Shown: positions 9,831 through 18,102 of the stretch, piece after piece
How positions within the stretch are numbered: the first letter of the stretch is position 1
How the letters are laid out: every line of letters begins with the position of its first letter
IMG/VR virus record: IMGVR_UViG_3300045971_000577
Span: 305,146-369,145 of that record
Length of the DNA: 64,000 nt
Reading direction: 5' to 3' (one strand)
Position numbers and translations under genes: made by a program
Notes under the pieces: model-generated
The model's input: the letters and a program-made list of their open reading frames with translations, nothing else
Database searches by the model: none
Told to the model about the DNA's origin: nothing

Positions 9831-9875
9831 GTTTATTCTTCTTCATGGTTTATGCATCATGTCGGGCCTGTGTTA

Positions 9876-11960
9876 TCATGCACGGGCTCTTGTATATTTC
9901 AATATATCTTTATTTACACTGAGCAAGGCATTTGTTGATTCCAATACCTGTGCCATAATCTTAGCCTGATTGCCGAGTAAGCTATTTACCTCGGCATCGG
10001 CACCGGGTCTCTCTATTGCAGGGCTAGTCGCTGCAGATGCGGTCGGGGCGTCGGATCCATCTGTAGAAGATTTAGCGGGTTTGCCTGCCGGTACGGCCGA
10101 CGGGCTATCAATAGTCGTTGCTGCTGGTGATTTCGGAACAGATATTTCAGTAGACTTTTTAGGTGCTACAGCAGTTCCAGGGGATAGGTTCATCTTTTCT
10201 ACTTGTGCATTAACTTTTCGCCGGTGGGCAGCATCTTCACCACCGAAAATATTATCCATTACCCAGTCTGATACACCACCAACCACATCCTGTACATTTT
10301 CCCGGCCTTTATCATTTAATATACTGTTATATAATACTGTACCGGCCTGATATCCAAGATATGCTGCTCCTGCAAGAGCTATTAGCGAGCCACCGGCTGA
10401 TATTAATCGTGAAGTTACGGATGCTGTACTCTTTGCAAAAGCTTCACTACTACCTGTAAGTATCGATATGGTGCTGCTTATCTTAGGACCGATCACTGCC
10501 AAGCCACCTAACACCATTGCAGCAATAGCAAGATTACTGCGAACTTGCGCATCGGTCGATTTTATCCCACCATACACTGCATCATTAAATAGTTTTAGTG
10601 CAGATGTGGCGGCGTTTACCTGTCCAATCATCGGAAAGAATGCCGCCTCTACAATTGCCTTGGTCCGCTCTATCTGCTGATTTAACCCGGCAAGTGATGC
10701 CTGTGTTTTCTGTGCATTATCCATCTGGCCTTCAGTTGCCTGTGATGTTGCTCTACTCTGCTGAATTACTGCATTCACAAGGCCGCCGGCGGCCTTTCCG
10801 CCCTTATCCCATATAGGTGCTAAGCCGGCAATTTTGCCGCCGGCATTATTAAACTGTTTACCTAGAGAATCAAGTCGTGCGGTAAGTTCTTTAGGTGTTA
10901 TATGAAGCATATCGTGCGCTAATCGATTCAACTGCTCAGCTTCGGCGCCGAACCCGGCTGACACCAAGTCCAGATATCCCTTCACTTGTGCCGGGTTCGC
11001 TGCGCCGGCAAGTTCGGTAAACATTTCTCGAAGGCCGGCATCTTTGACTCCAGCCGCGGCCTTTGAAAAGTTGCCGGCGGCGTCTGTACCATATCGAGAT
11101 GCAATAAGCATAGCGTCAGAGGACTTCGCAGTGGCTTTCATATTCTCCTGGACTTGCTGCTCAGACATACCCATAGTTTTTGATAATCTACTTAGTTGTC
11201 CTGCAAGTTTTACCGAGTCTGCAGCAATCGCTTCCGAGCTCTTTCCGCGAATATCCATATATCCCATCTCGGATTCTATAAGAGTTCCGATCATGTCTCC
11301 AGCGGACTCGCCATAATAACCGAGTTGATTAAGTTTAGGTGTGGCAGAGGCCAACGCCTTAGTAAACTTTGTTGCACCGATAGCATTTACGCTAGAAGAA
11401 TATTTTTCCATTATCTTCTGCAGAGTTTCTAGACGTAGGCCGGTTTGTATAACCATCTGATTTAGTGATTCAAACCCATCAGTAGTTGAATTATTACCGT
11501 TCAGTAAGTTTATACCCGATGTGTACAACGAGTCATACACATCGAGATATTTTGTTTCGGCGGCGAATACCTTGCCGCCGACGGCGGCAATCATTCCTAG
11601 TATCTTATTGACTTTTTCGTCTTTGCCGAGTTTATCTTTAGCTAATCCTGCTTCGCGCTTCTTGCGGCGCTTTTCTAGCTCGTCATCAGCATTTCGTGTA
11701 TGTAGATTTCTGGCAAGCTTTTCTAGCTCGTCATTTACTTTCTTTGCGTCGGCGGGCGATAGTCCGCCACCTGCTCCGCCGCCAATCCCTTTCAGCTTAT
11801 TTAGACCTTCAAGGGTCTTCCCTTGAATTCTCATCGACTTTTCTAGAAACTCGGATATATCACTTAGTGTATCTTCAGTAGCCCACGCCGGTAGCTTACG
11901 GATTTCGTTAGCAAGAGTGTCTTCTGCGATGCCTGTAATAAAAACTGAGTTATCAGCCAT
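9876..11960 (-). CDS. Putative tape-measure / baseplate hub-like helical protein
   Basis: 694-aa Ala/Gly-rich helical protein with hydrophobic segments in the C-terminal third, divergent from the gp26-like gene; function inferred from composition and context. Confidence 0.45.
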   Translation of the reverse strand: MADNSVFITGIAEDTLANEIRKLPAWATEDTLSDISEFLEKSMRIQGKTLEGLNKLKGIGGGAGGGLSPADAKKVNDELEKLARNLHTRNADDELEKRRKKREAGLAKDKLGKDEKVNKILGMIAAVGGKVFAAETKYLDVYDSLYTSGINLLNGNNSTTDGFESLNQMVIQTGLRLETLQKIMEKYSSSVNAIGATKFTKALASATPKLNQLGYYGESAGDMIGTLIESEMGYMDIRGKSSEAIAADSVKLAGQLSRLSKTMGMSEQQVQENMKATAKSSDAMLIASRYGTDAAGNFSKAAAGVKDAGLREMFTELAGAANPAQVKGYLDLVSAGFGAEAEQLNRLAHDMLHITPKELTARLDSLGKQFNNAGGKIAGLAPIWDKGGKAAGGLVNAVIQQSRATSQATEGQMDNAQKTQASLAGLNQQIERTKAIVEAAFFPMIGQVNAATSALKLFNDAVYGGIKSTDAQVRSNLAIAAMVLGGLAVIGPKISSTISILTGSSEAFAKSTASVTSRLISAGGSLIALAGAAYLGYQAGTVLYNSILNDKGRENVQDVVGGVSDWVMDNIFGGEDAAHRRKVNAQVEKMNLSPGTAVAPKKSTEISVPKSPAATTIDSPSAVPAGKPAKSSTDGSDAPTASAATSPAIERPGADAEVNSLLGNQAKIMAQVLESTNALLSVNKDILKYTRARA

Positions 11961-11983
11961 AAAAACCTTCGATTATGTCCCGT

Positions 11984-12019
11984 GATAAATAAGTGAAAGA
12001 GTAGTCAAGACTATTTATC
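11984..12019. promoter_or_regulatory. Pair of opposed late boxes GATAAATA
   Basis: + at 11984-11991, - at 12012-12019, between divergent structural genes. Confidence 0.65.
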
Positions 12020-12040
12020 AAATACTTTTCAGAGGCAAAT

Positions 12041-12880
12041 ATGGATCAAAATGTAAATCCGCTAAAACAATATTTCAGAGCAATCAAAATGTATATGCAA
12101 CTTCCTAGTGGAACGAGCTATTACACTCCGGGAATTATCGACTTCACAGATAAGGGCGAAGTTGCAGTTTATCCGATGACCGGAAAAGATGAGATTGCGC
12201 TCAAGAATCCCGACGCATTGCTAAACGGCGAAGCATTGATCGAGGTGCTTATAAGTTGCGTGCCAGCGGTAAAAGACCCACGCAAACTGCTTACAAACGA
12301 CATCGATGCATTGATTACTGCTGTCAGATATGCTACATACAATGATTCCTTAGAAACCACAATACATTGTCCAAAATGCAATCACGAGAATACATATAAG
12401 CTCGATCTGCAATACGCACTCGATAACATGGCATCGCTAGAAACTGAATATGTAGTAAATCTAGATTCCGGTGTATCGGTATTTCTAACACCATACCGAT
12501 TTCCCGAACTACTCAAAAGTCTACATGCTCAGTTTGAGCGAAACAAACTTGCACGGGCCGTAGATAGCGAAACATTATCGGATGAACAGAGATCAGGTAT
12601 TTTCAGAAAAGCATTTAAGGAAATGGCCGTAACAAAGTTTTCTCTTATGTGTGGTGCTGTGGATAAGGTAGTAGACGAGAATAACAATGTAAATGTAACC
12701 GATAAATCGTTTATTCATGAGTTCCTTCAGAATATTGATAAAAAAAGTGCAGACAAGATTAGCGACATGATTGACGAAATCAATGCGGTAGGAATCAAAC
12801 GAACATTTACAGCAACATGCGAAAAGTGTACCCATCAGTGGGATAGCGAGATTGACTTTAATCCTGTAAATTTTTCATAA
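12041..12880 (+). CDS. gp26: Baseplate hub assembly protein (gp26-like)
   Basis: NPLKQYFR..LPS, PMTGKDEIALKNPDALLNG, CPKC and CEKC zinc motifs. Confidence 0.8.
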   Translation: MDQNVNPLKQYFRAIKMYMQLPSGTSYYTPGIIDFTDKGEVAVYPMTGKDEIALKNPDALLNGEALIEVLISCVPAVKDPRKLLTNDIDALITAVRYATYNDSLETTIHCPKCNHENTYKLDLQYALDNMASLETEYVVNLDSGVSVFLTPYRFPELLKSLHAQFERNKLARAVDSETLSDEQRSGIFRKAFKEMAVTKFSLMCGAVDKVVDENNNVNVTDKSFIHEFLQNIDKKSADKISDMIDEINAVGIKRTFTATCEKCTHQWDSEIDFNPVNFS

Positions 12881-12888
12881 GGTCACTA

Positions 12889-13107
12889 ATGACTTACCCG
12901 GCCGAGAAGTTGGGTGACCTTATCGAATCATACATCAAGGACGGGTTACTACTCAAAGAGCAGATAGCTGATATTTGTTATCATATGGAAGGTGGCATTG
13001 AGTGGAATTCTGCGTGGGGTATGAGCTTCGAGGATAGAGAAATTGTTGTCAAAGTTATAAACAGACGTAATAAGGAAAAAAATCCGGGCGGCAAGGATTA
13101 CATATAA
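12889..13107 (+). CDS. gp51: Baseplate hub assembly catalyst (gp51-like)
   Basis: ICYHMEGGIEWNSAWGMSFEDRE resembles the gp51 core; directly follows gp26. Confidence 0.6.
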   Translation: MTYPAEKLGDLIESYIKDGLLLKEQIADICYHMEGGIEWNSAWGMSFEDREIVVKVINRRNKEKNPGGKDYI

Positions 13108-13117
13108 GGATTGTATC

Positions 13118-13690
13118 ATGCAAAAGAAAGATATACACGATGTAGAGTTACCAGGAGATGATATCGATTGCTGGGAGAAGTATCCTAAACATAGGTGGGT
13201 GTACGATCTATCACGCTTACTCGATGCACAACATATTAAGTGGAGTCCGTACAAGACTGATGAAATGACTTCTGAAATTCAGAATATGGAATTTGAAAGT
13301 GCTAAACCGGTGGTTTATGATCCCGCGCAGATATTCATCAAGGAACCTACAGAAATATGTGTGTGGACAGAGGTGTTTATTGTAAAAGGAGAGATCAAAC
13401 TAATGCGCAAAGTCGATATCAACACACGTAAAGAAATCGACGGAATCATCGGCAGTATAGAACTTCGCATAAATGCCTTTGTCACTCTGTACTTCCAGAA
13501 GTTTACCGGTGTAATATCAGTGGGATCGGTAGGCGCAGATATATACTCAATCCGACTACGGCCAGTGTCAGAATTAGCCTTAGAGGCTAATGTAGACGTT
13601 GTGAAGCTCGGTAAGCGGATTTATAAGAGAACTGGCATTACGTTACATGGTCTTACAGACCAAGAACTTCACGAATCACTCGCTTCGTGA
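13118..13690 (+). CDS. Hypothetical protein (possibly a degenerate ATP-grasp-like family)
   Basis: 190-aa ORF with AAGGA RBS; N-terminal DDIDCWEKYPKHRWVYD. Confidence 0.6.
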   Translation: MQKKDIHDVELPGDDIDCWEKYPKHRWVYDLSRLLDAQHIKWSPYKTDEMTSEIQNMEFESAKPVVYDPAQIFIKEPTEICVWTEVFIVKGEIKLMRKVDINTRKEIDGIIGSIELRINAFVTLYFQKFTGVISVGSVGADIYSIRLRPVSELALEANVDVVKLGKRIYKRTGITLHGLTDQELHESLAS

Positions 13691-13755
13691 ACTCAGCTCG
13701 CATTCGTTCGTCCTAGACACTTCGTGAACAATTTTGTAACACAGTGATTGTGTTT

Positions 13756-13790
13756 AGTATGATGACGGAGGAGTATGATGACGGAGGAGT
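13756..13790 (+). repeat. 16-bp tandem duplication AGTATGATGACGGAGG
   Basis: Two exact copies plus AGT. Confidence 0.9.
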
Positions 13791-14315
13791 CAGACCAAGG
13801 GTATCCAAAACCTGGATAAGGAAATACATGACAGTATCACCAGATCTGAACCGAAATATTTTTGTAGTGTTGGATTGATTATGTCAACTACACGCGTCAA
13901 TAGCGTTTCGGAAGGGGCCTTGCGGCTCATTGCATTTGTAATCACTTTCAGATAGCAATTACGCAACCGGCGGGCCATACCCTGTTTTCACATACCCACC
14001 GCAAACTTAAACTCGATTATCTTACTCGCCACAATGGTGACATTCTTATAACCTTGCCCCTGCACACCCAGAGGTCTTGGCTGTTGCTCTCCATTCCGAA
14101 AGACACGCCAGCGAAAAGTTGTCTAGGCTCGCTAACCTAATGTGTTGTAGAAATACTGCTTTTTGGAGTTAAATGAGATTTGGGCTTGTGTGCTTGGTAG
14201 TTTTGATGTGTAAACCTATACGCTTTGATCTTATACGTTCACAGGGCGCGTCAGTCCTGCTATCTAATGATTTTCTAGTTTTGCTTGAACAGTGTTTGCT
14301 GTTAGCAGTAGTTAT

Positions 14316-14341
14316 ATCGCAGCGTCGCGCGACGCTGCGAT
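14316..14341. repeat. Perfect 26-bp palindrome
   Basis: ATCGCAGCGTCGC|GCGACGCTGCGAT, with further AGTAGTT/AACTACT arms outside it. Confidence 0.9.
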
Positions 14342-14354
14342 TCTTGAACTACTA

Positions 14355-15521
14355 TTAAGCTGCGTTAGATGGGAAAGATTTGCCTTCACCCCATATGACT
14401 CTAACTCCGCCATTACCACCGACACCACGAGTCGCGTCGACCCCTAGTCCGCAGCCGCCGCCACCGTATAATCCCCCATAACCGCCGGGCGCGGCCGATG
14501 CGTATGCGTTACCTGCATCGCCACCGGATCCTCCGTCACCGCCTGCACCGCTCGTGCTGCCGCCAGCGCCTGCAGCGCCTACACCAAATAATCCCACTCC
14601 GCCGCCGCCGCCAGCTAAGGAGCCGCCAGCACCACCACCAGCACCGCCACCTGTCCCGCTACCACCGGTAGTCAATGCAGTTCCGGAAAGGCTGGCGCCA
14701 GCACCACCGTTTCCAGAATATCCGCCAGCACCGGCACCGCCCGCAGCACCTGTGCCACTGGCCATACCTCCGTTTCCTCCGTTTCCACCTGTGCCGCCAG
14801 TTCCGCCACCACCTGTCGCAATATATCCGCCGTCGGCCAAACTTCTCTTAGACGCGCCCTGCCCGCCTGCTGCTATTAGTATTGTTGCCCCGCCTATGTC
14901 GTTAACAACTATAGAGTTAGTCCCTGAGAACCCGTTATTATTGGTACTACCTGACCAAGTGGTGTTATTTGCTGCCCGCCCGCCTTGTCCGACAGTAATA
15001 GACAGCGTTTGGCCAGGCGTAACTGATATATTGTTCACATATCTCAATCCACCGCCGGCGCCACCGTTTCCGTAGTTGGCCGGAATATTAGTTCCACGAA
15101 ATGCACAGCCACCGCCGCCACCACCTACTGCGACTATAGAAACAGCCGTAACACCTGCCGGTACAGTAAACGATCCTGTCGAGTTAAATAGTTGGGAACC
15201 TGTAGCAACAGTTACAGTGATATAATCTGTCTTTACTATAATATCCGATCCTGCAGAATTTGTTACTGTTAGCTTCACAGTATATGTTCCACCGACTGTG
15301 TACACATATGTTGGGTTTTGGGAAGTAGATGTTGCTGTGCCGTCATTTTTAAAATCCCACAACCAGGATGTTGGGCTATTTGTTGAGGTATCAGTGAAGT
15401 TTATGGTTAGCGGAGAATTGCCGCTAGCAGTATCAGCTGTGAAATTAGCCACCGGTACAACGGCTATCGATCCCATAATAACGCGACCGTCAATGATAAT
15501 ATTATTTAAACTTGTCGACAT
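14355..15521 (-). CDS. PKD domain plus glycine-rich virion protein
   Basis: PVANFTAD..FTDTSTNSPTSWLWDF..GTYTVKLTVTNSAG, then a Gly-rich domain ending GGVRVIWGEGKSFPSNAA. Confidence 0.85.
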   Translation of the reverse strand: MSTSLNNIIIDGRVIMGSIAVVPVANFTADTASGNSPLTINFTDTSTNSPTSWLWDFKNDGTATSTSQNPTYVYTVGGTYTVKLTVTNSAGSDIIVKTDYITVTVATGSQLFNSTGSFTVPAGVTAVSIVAVGGGGGGCAFRGTNIPANYGNGGAGGGLRYVNNISVTPGQTLSITVGQGGRAANNTTWSGSTNNNGFSGTNSIVVNDIGGATILIAAGGQGASKRSLADGGYIATGGGGTGGTGGNGGNGGMASGTGAAGGAGAGGYSGNGGAGASLSGTALTTGGSGTGGGAGGGAGGSLAGGGGGVGLFGVGAAGAGGSTSGAGGDGGSGGDAGNAYASAAPGGYGGLYGGGGCGLGVDATRGVGGNGGVRVIWGEGKSFPSNAA

Positions 15522-16103
15522 TTAGAAATTTTCCATATTATTAGTTGTGAATACACGCAGTTCACTCGAACGACGTAGCCAACCTGTGAGGAATCTTGAT
15601 TGAGATGGATTGCGTGCAACAATATCGCGATAGAACTTATCTCTGACATCGCACACCTTATTGCATAAATCTATAGGATCAAATCCTGCCAACGCTGTAA
15701 GTGTTTGTTTACCGATAATGCCGTCGGCGTCGACGCCTGCAGCCGTTTGCAAGAACTTCTTAGCGCGGCCGACCCCGTGGTTGACACAGCAGTCAAAATG
15801 TAGAACTGCTACACGTGGGTCAAGTCTATCACACAAACCGGCAATCCAGTATCTATCGTAATAAACCGCCTCTGCGTCTTCCCATGTTAGTGCAGTAATG
15901 TCTAGGTCAGTATTGGCATTCTTTGCGACGCCAAATTTTGTTTCGCCGCCGCGGTCGAGTGGATCATCAACGTAACCCACTGCCTTTCGCTGTGCTGGTG
16001 TATCAATAAGTCCTGCTTCTACGTCTGGTGTTAACTTAAAATTAGATCCCACTTCATACAACATGGCATGTAACACTGCTGATTCAAATGCTGCACTATA
16101 CAT
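15522..16103 (-). CDS. Endolysin, glycoside hydrolase family 108 with peptidoglycan-binding domain
   Basis: GYVDDPLDRGGETKFGVA, FDCCVNHG, ADGIIGKQT, QSRFLTGWLRR. Confidence 0.9.
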   Translation of the reverse strand: MYSAAFESAVLHAMLYEVGSNFKLTPDVEAGLIDTPAQRKAVGYVDDPLDRGGETKFGVAKNANTDLDITALTWEDAEAVYYDRYWIAGLCDRLDPRVAVLHFDCCVNHGVGRAKKFLQTAAGVDADGIIGKQTLTALAGFDPIDLCNKVCDVRDKFYRDIVARNPSQSRFLTGWLRRSSELRVFTTNNMENF

Positions 16104-16755
16104 AATTTTTCTCCTTGTTTTTACAATTATTACCGTGCGATCGAGAAAAATTACCGGGATCTGATACTCCGCGGCAATATATACAAGAAATTTTTGGACG
16201 GTTAAATGCTTTTATAGATTTTCTTTCCTTTGTTTCTGCAGAATCTGCCTTACCGGTGTTAGGCGAAGGTTTTCCGAACATTGGATTATGTTCCCCGGAT
16301 AGTTTTTCTGATATCTTCTTTTTTACAGATAGCGGTGTTTTTCTATGTTGAGAAAGTTTTGTATCTGATATTTTAGATTTTGTCTCAACTGTGTGCGCAA
16401 TATTGCGATTCGGTGCGGGTCGACCATAGTTGTGATGATTAGTTCCTGTCTTAGATTTTAGATTACTTATTAATCTTCGTCTTAACCACCCGTACACTTT
16501 ATTATTTCTTTTATGTTTCTGCGTGCCAGCAGACATCATTATTGCCGCATAAACTAATTTAGGTTCTGTGGGATGTATCTTAATTAATAATTGATGCGCT
16601 ACATAATGTTCTTCGGGTGTAAGAGACACAATGTTATCAGCTATGTCTAGCCCACCTATACACTTCGGTACAATATGATGTCTCTCTGTATATTCGCACA
16701 AGATCCTATTCTTTGCACGATTAATAAGTCGATCATAGTGATTAAGATAGTTCAT
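16096..16755 (-). CDS. HNH homing endonuclease (MobE-like, NUMOD3)
   Basis: Likely start MNYLNHY at 16755, by alignment with the other two copies; ERHHIVPKCIGG..LTPEEHYVAHQLL; GEHNPMFGK. Confidence 0.88.
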   Translation of the reverse strand: MNYLNHYDRLINRAKNRILCEYTERHHIVPKCIGGLDIADNIVSLTPEEHYVAHQLLIKIHPTEPKLVYAAIMMSAGTQKHKRNNKVYGWLRRRLISNLKSKTGTNHHNYGRPAPNRNIAHTVETKSKISDTKLSQHRKTPLSVKKKISEKLSGEHNPMFGKPSPNTGKADSAETKERKSIKAFNRPKISCIYCRGVSDPGNFSRSHGNNCKNKEKNYV

Positions 16756-16759
16756 GATA

Positions 16760-16774
16760 TATTTATGATAAATA
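16760..16774. promoter_or_regulatory. Back-to-back late boxes
   Basis: CATAAATA (-, 16760-16767) and GATAAATA (+, 16767-16774). Confidence 0.55.
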
Positions 16775-16790
16775 ATAAAAAGGGGACATA

Positions 16791-17354
16791 ATGCCATCCA
16801 AATCAAAAGCTAAGGGAAATGCCTGGGAACTCGATGTAGCGAAGTTCTTGACAGAAACCTATAAAGAGTCTTTCATAAGGATTCCATCATCGGGCGCGTT
16901 CGTTGGTGGGAAAAATACATTCCGCAAGTCGCAAATCGACGCAGCCCAACTGCAAGGTAAGAAGGGCGATATTCATCCGCCCGAAGCGTGGAAACATTGG
17001 AATATTGAGTGTAAGTCGTATGCCGACTTTCCTTTTCACCAGCTCTGGTACGCAGACGTGAAAATCCTCGACGCTTGGATTCAACAGCAGAAGGACGTCG
17101 AGGATGAGGGAGACTTGAACCTAATTCTTATAAAGATATCACGGAAAGGCCAGTGGGTTGTGTATCCCCAAAATCTAGGCTTTGTTGCGAATCGCTATCT
17201 TCCGTATAAGGGATGGATGTTTGTTGCATGGGATCATTTTTGGTCAAGCACAATAAACCAGCAGCTAGTAAAACGTCTTTCGGTTGAGTCGACCAATCAA
17301 ACATCTCCATTGACCGCTGCCCATCTTCAGTTCGAAGAAATTCTACAGTCTTAG
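16791..17354 (+). CDS. Holliday junction resolvase-like PD-(D/E)XK nuclease
   Basis: SKSKAKGNAWELDVAK, GDI, NIECKSY. Confidence 0.8.
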   Translation: MPSKSKAKGNAWELDVAKFLTETYKESFIRIPSSGAFVGGKNTFRKSQIDAAQLQGKKGDIHPPEAWKHWNIECKSYADFPFHQLWYADVKILDAWIQQQKDVEDEGDLNLILIKISRKGQWVVYPQNLGFVANRYLPYKGWMFVAWDHFWSSTINQQLVKRLSVESTNQTSPLTAAHLQFEEILQS

Positions 17355-18102
17355 AATTTGATCTATCTATAGCATACTGTGCTTCGCTTCCTTTACTTAA
17401 TATAGCGACGCGCAGTCGTAGAGCTATCTCCCAATTGGCGTAGCCGCTGCCATCAAAATCTACTCTTGTGCTATTGGATTCCATTGTGGCATATTTTATA
17501 CCAATAGATCTTGCAGTAGACGAATCCCACTTCTTGCCCTTGCTTTCTGCAGCTTCTTTTTGATTTTGAATCTTTTCAAGCAGAATATCATACATGTCTT
17601 TTGCTTCAACTCGCCGAGACTCAATTATACTAGGAAAAGACGATCCATGCAGATCTTCCATTAACACAATAATTGTAATCATATTCTTTGTTGCTAAATT
17701 ATCTTCGCTTACTGAATATTTTGCTTCGTGTGATGACTTTAGCGTTGATTTCTTATTTTTCTCGTTCTTTTTCCCGGTGTACAACGTACCGTCTTTGCTC
17801 TGCCAAATAGTATGAAATGACACAAACGATGATTTTAATTCAACAGGTACTAATTTATTATCTTCAACTATATATGCGTCTACCCCGTGTTTTTCTGTTA
17901 GAATAGGTAATGCATTTACTGCTACAGCAGAAATTAAATCTTCCATTTTACCACTAAGAGATGCCCATGATATTTCTTTAGGTGTAGCATCATACCAATA
18001 ATATTCTGTAGGATTAAATTTGTTTTCTGATTTTTGTTTAAGCCAGGTTTTCTTATTTAACGCTATTCTATGTTGTGCTTCTGCAATGCTTTTTATTTTC
18101 AT
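17128..18102 (-). CDS. Hypothetical protein, putative PD-(D/E)XK endonuclease
   Basis: HGVDAY...VPVELKS motif; ATGA-coupled to gp46. Confidence 0.55.
   Translation of the reverse strand: MKIKSIAEAQHRIALNKKTWLKQKSENKFNPTEYYWYDATPKEISWASLSGKMEDLISAVAVNALPILTEKHGVDAYIVEDNKLVPVELKSSFVSFHTIWQSKDGTLYTGKKNEKNKKSTLKSSHEAKYSVSEDNLATKNMITIIVLMEDLHGSSFPSIIESRRVEAKDMYDILLEKIQNQKEAAESKGKKWDSSTARSIGIKYATMESNSTRVDFDGSGYANWEIALRLRVAILSKGSEAQYAIDRSNSKTVEFLRTEDGQRSMEMFDWSTQPKDVLLAAGLLCLTKNDPMQQTSIPYTEDSDSQQSLDFGDTQPTGLSVISL

Larger units (their letters stand above)
13691..14354. ncRNA. Candidate large structured ncRNA or replication-origin region
   Basis: 660 bp with no credible ORF in a gene-dense genome; many inverted repeats, including TTCGGAA/TTCCGAA about 190 nt apart. 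Confidence 0.4.

Noticed and set aside
13691-14354. tRNA, tmRNA or RNase P RNA
   Set aside because: No cloverleaf, T-loop/CCA end or RNase P consensus recognisable by eye; kept as an unassigned candidate
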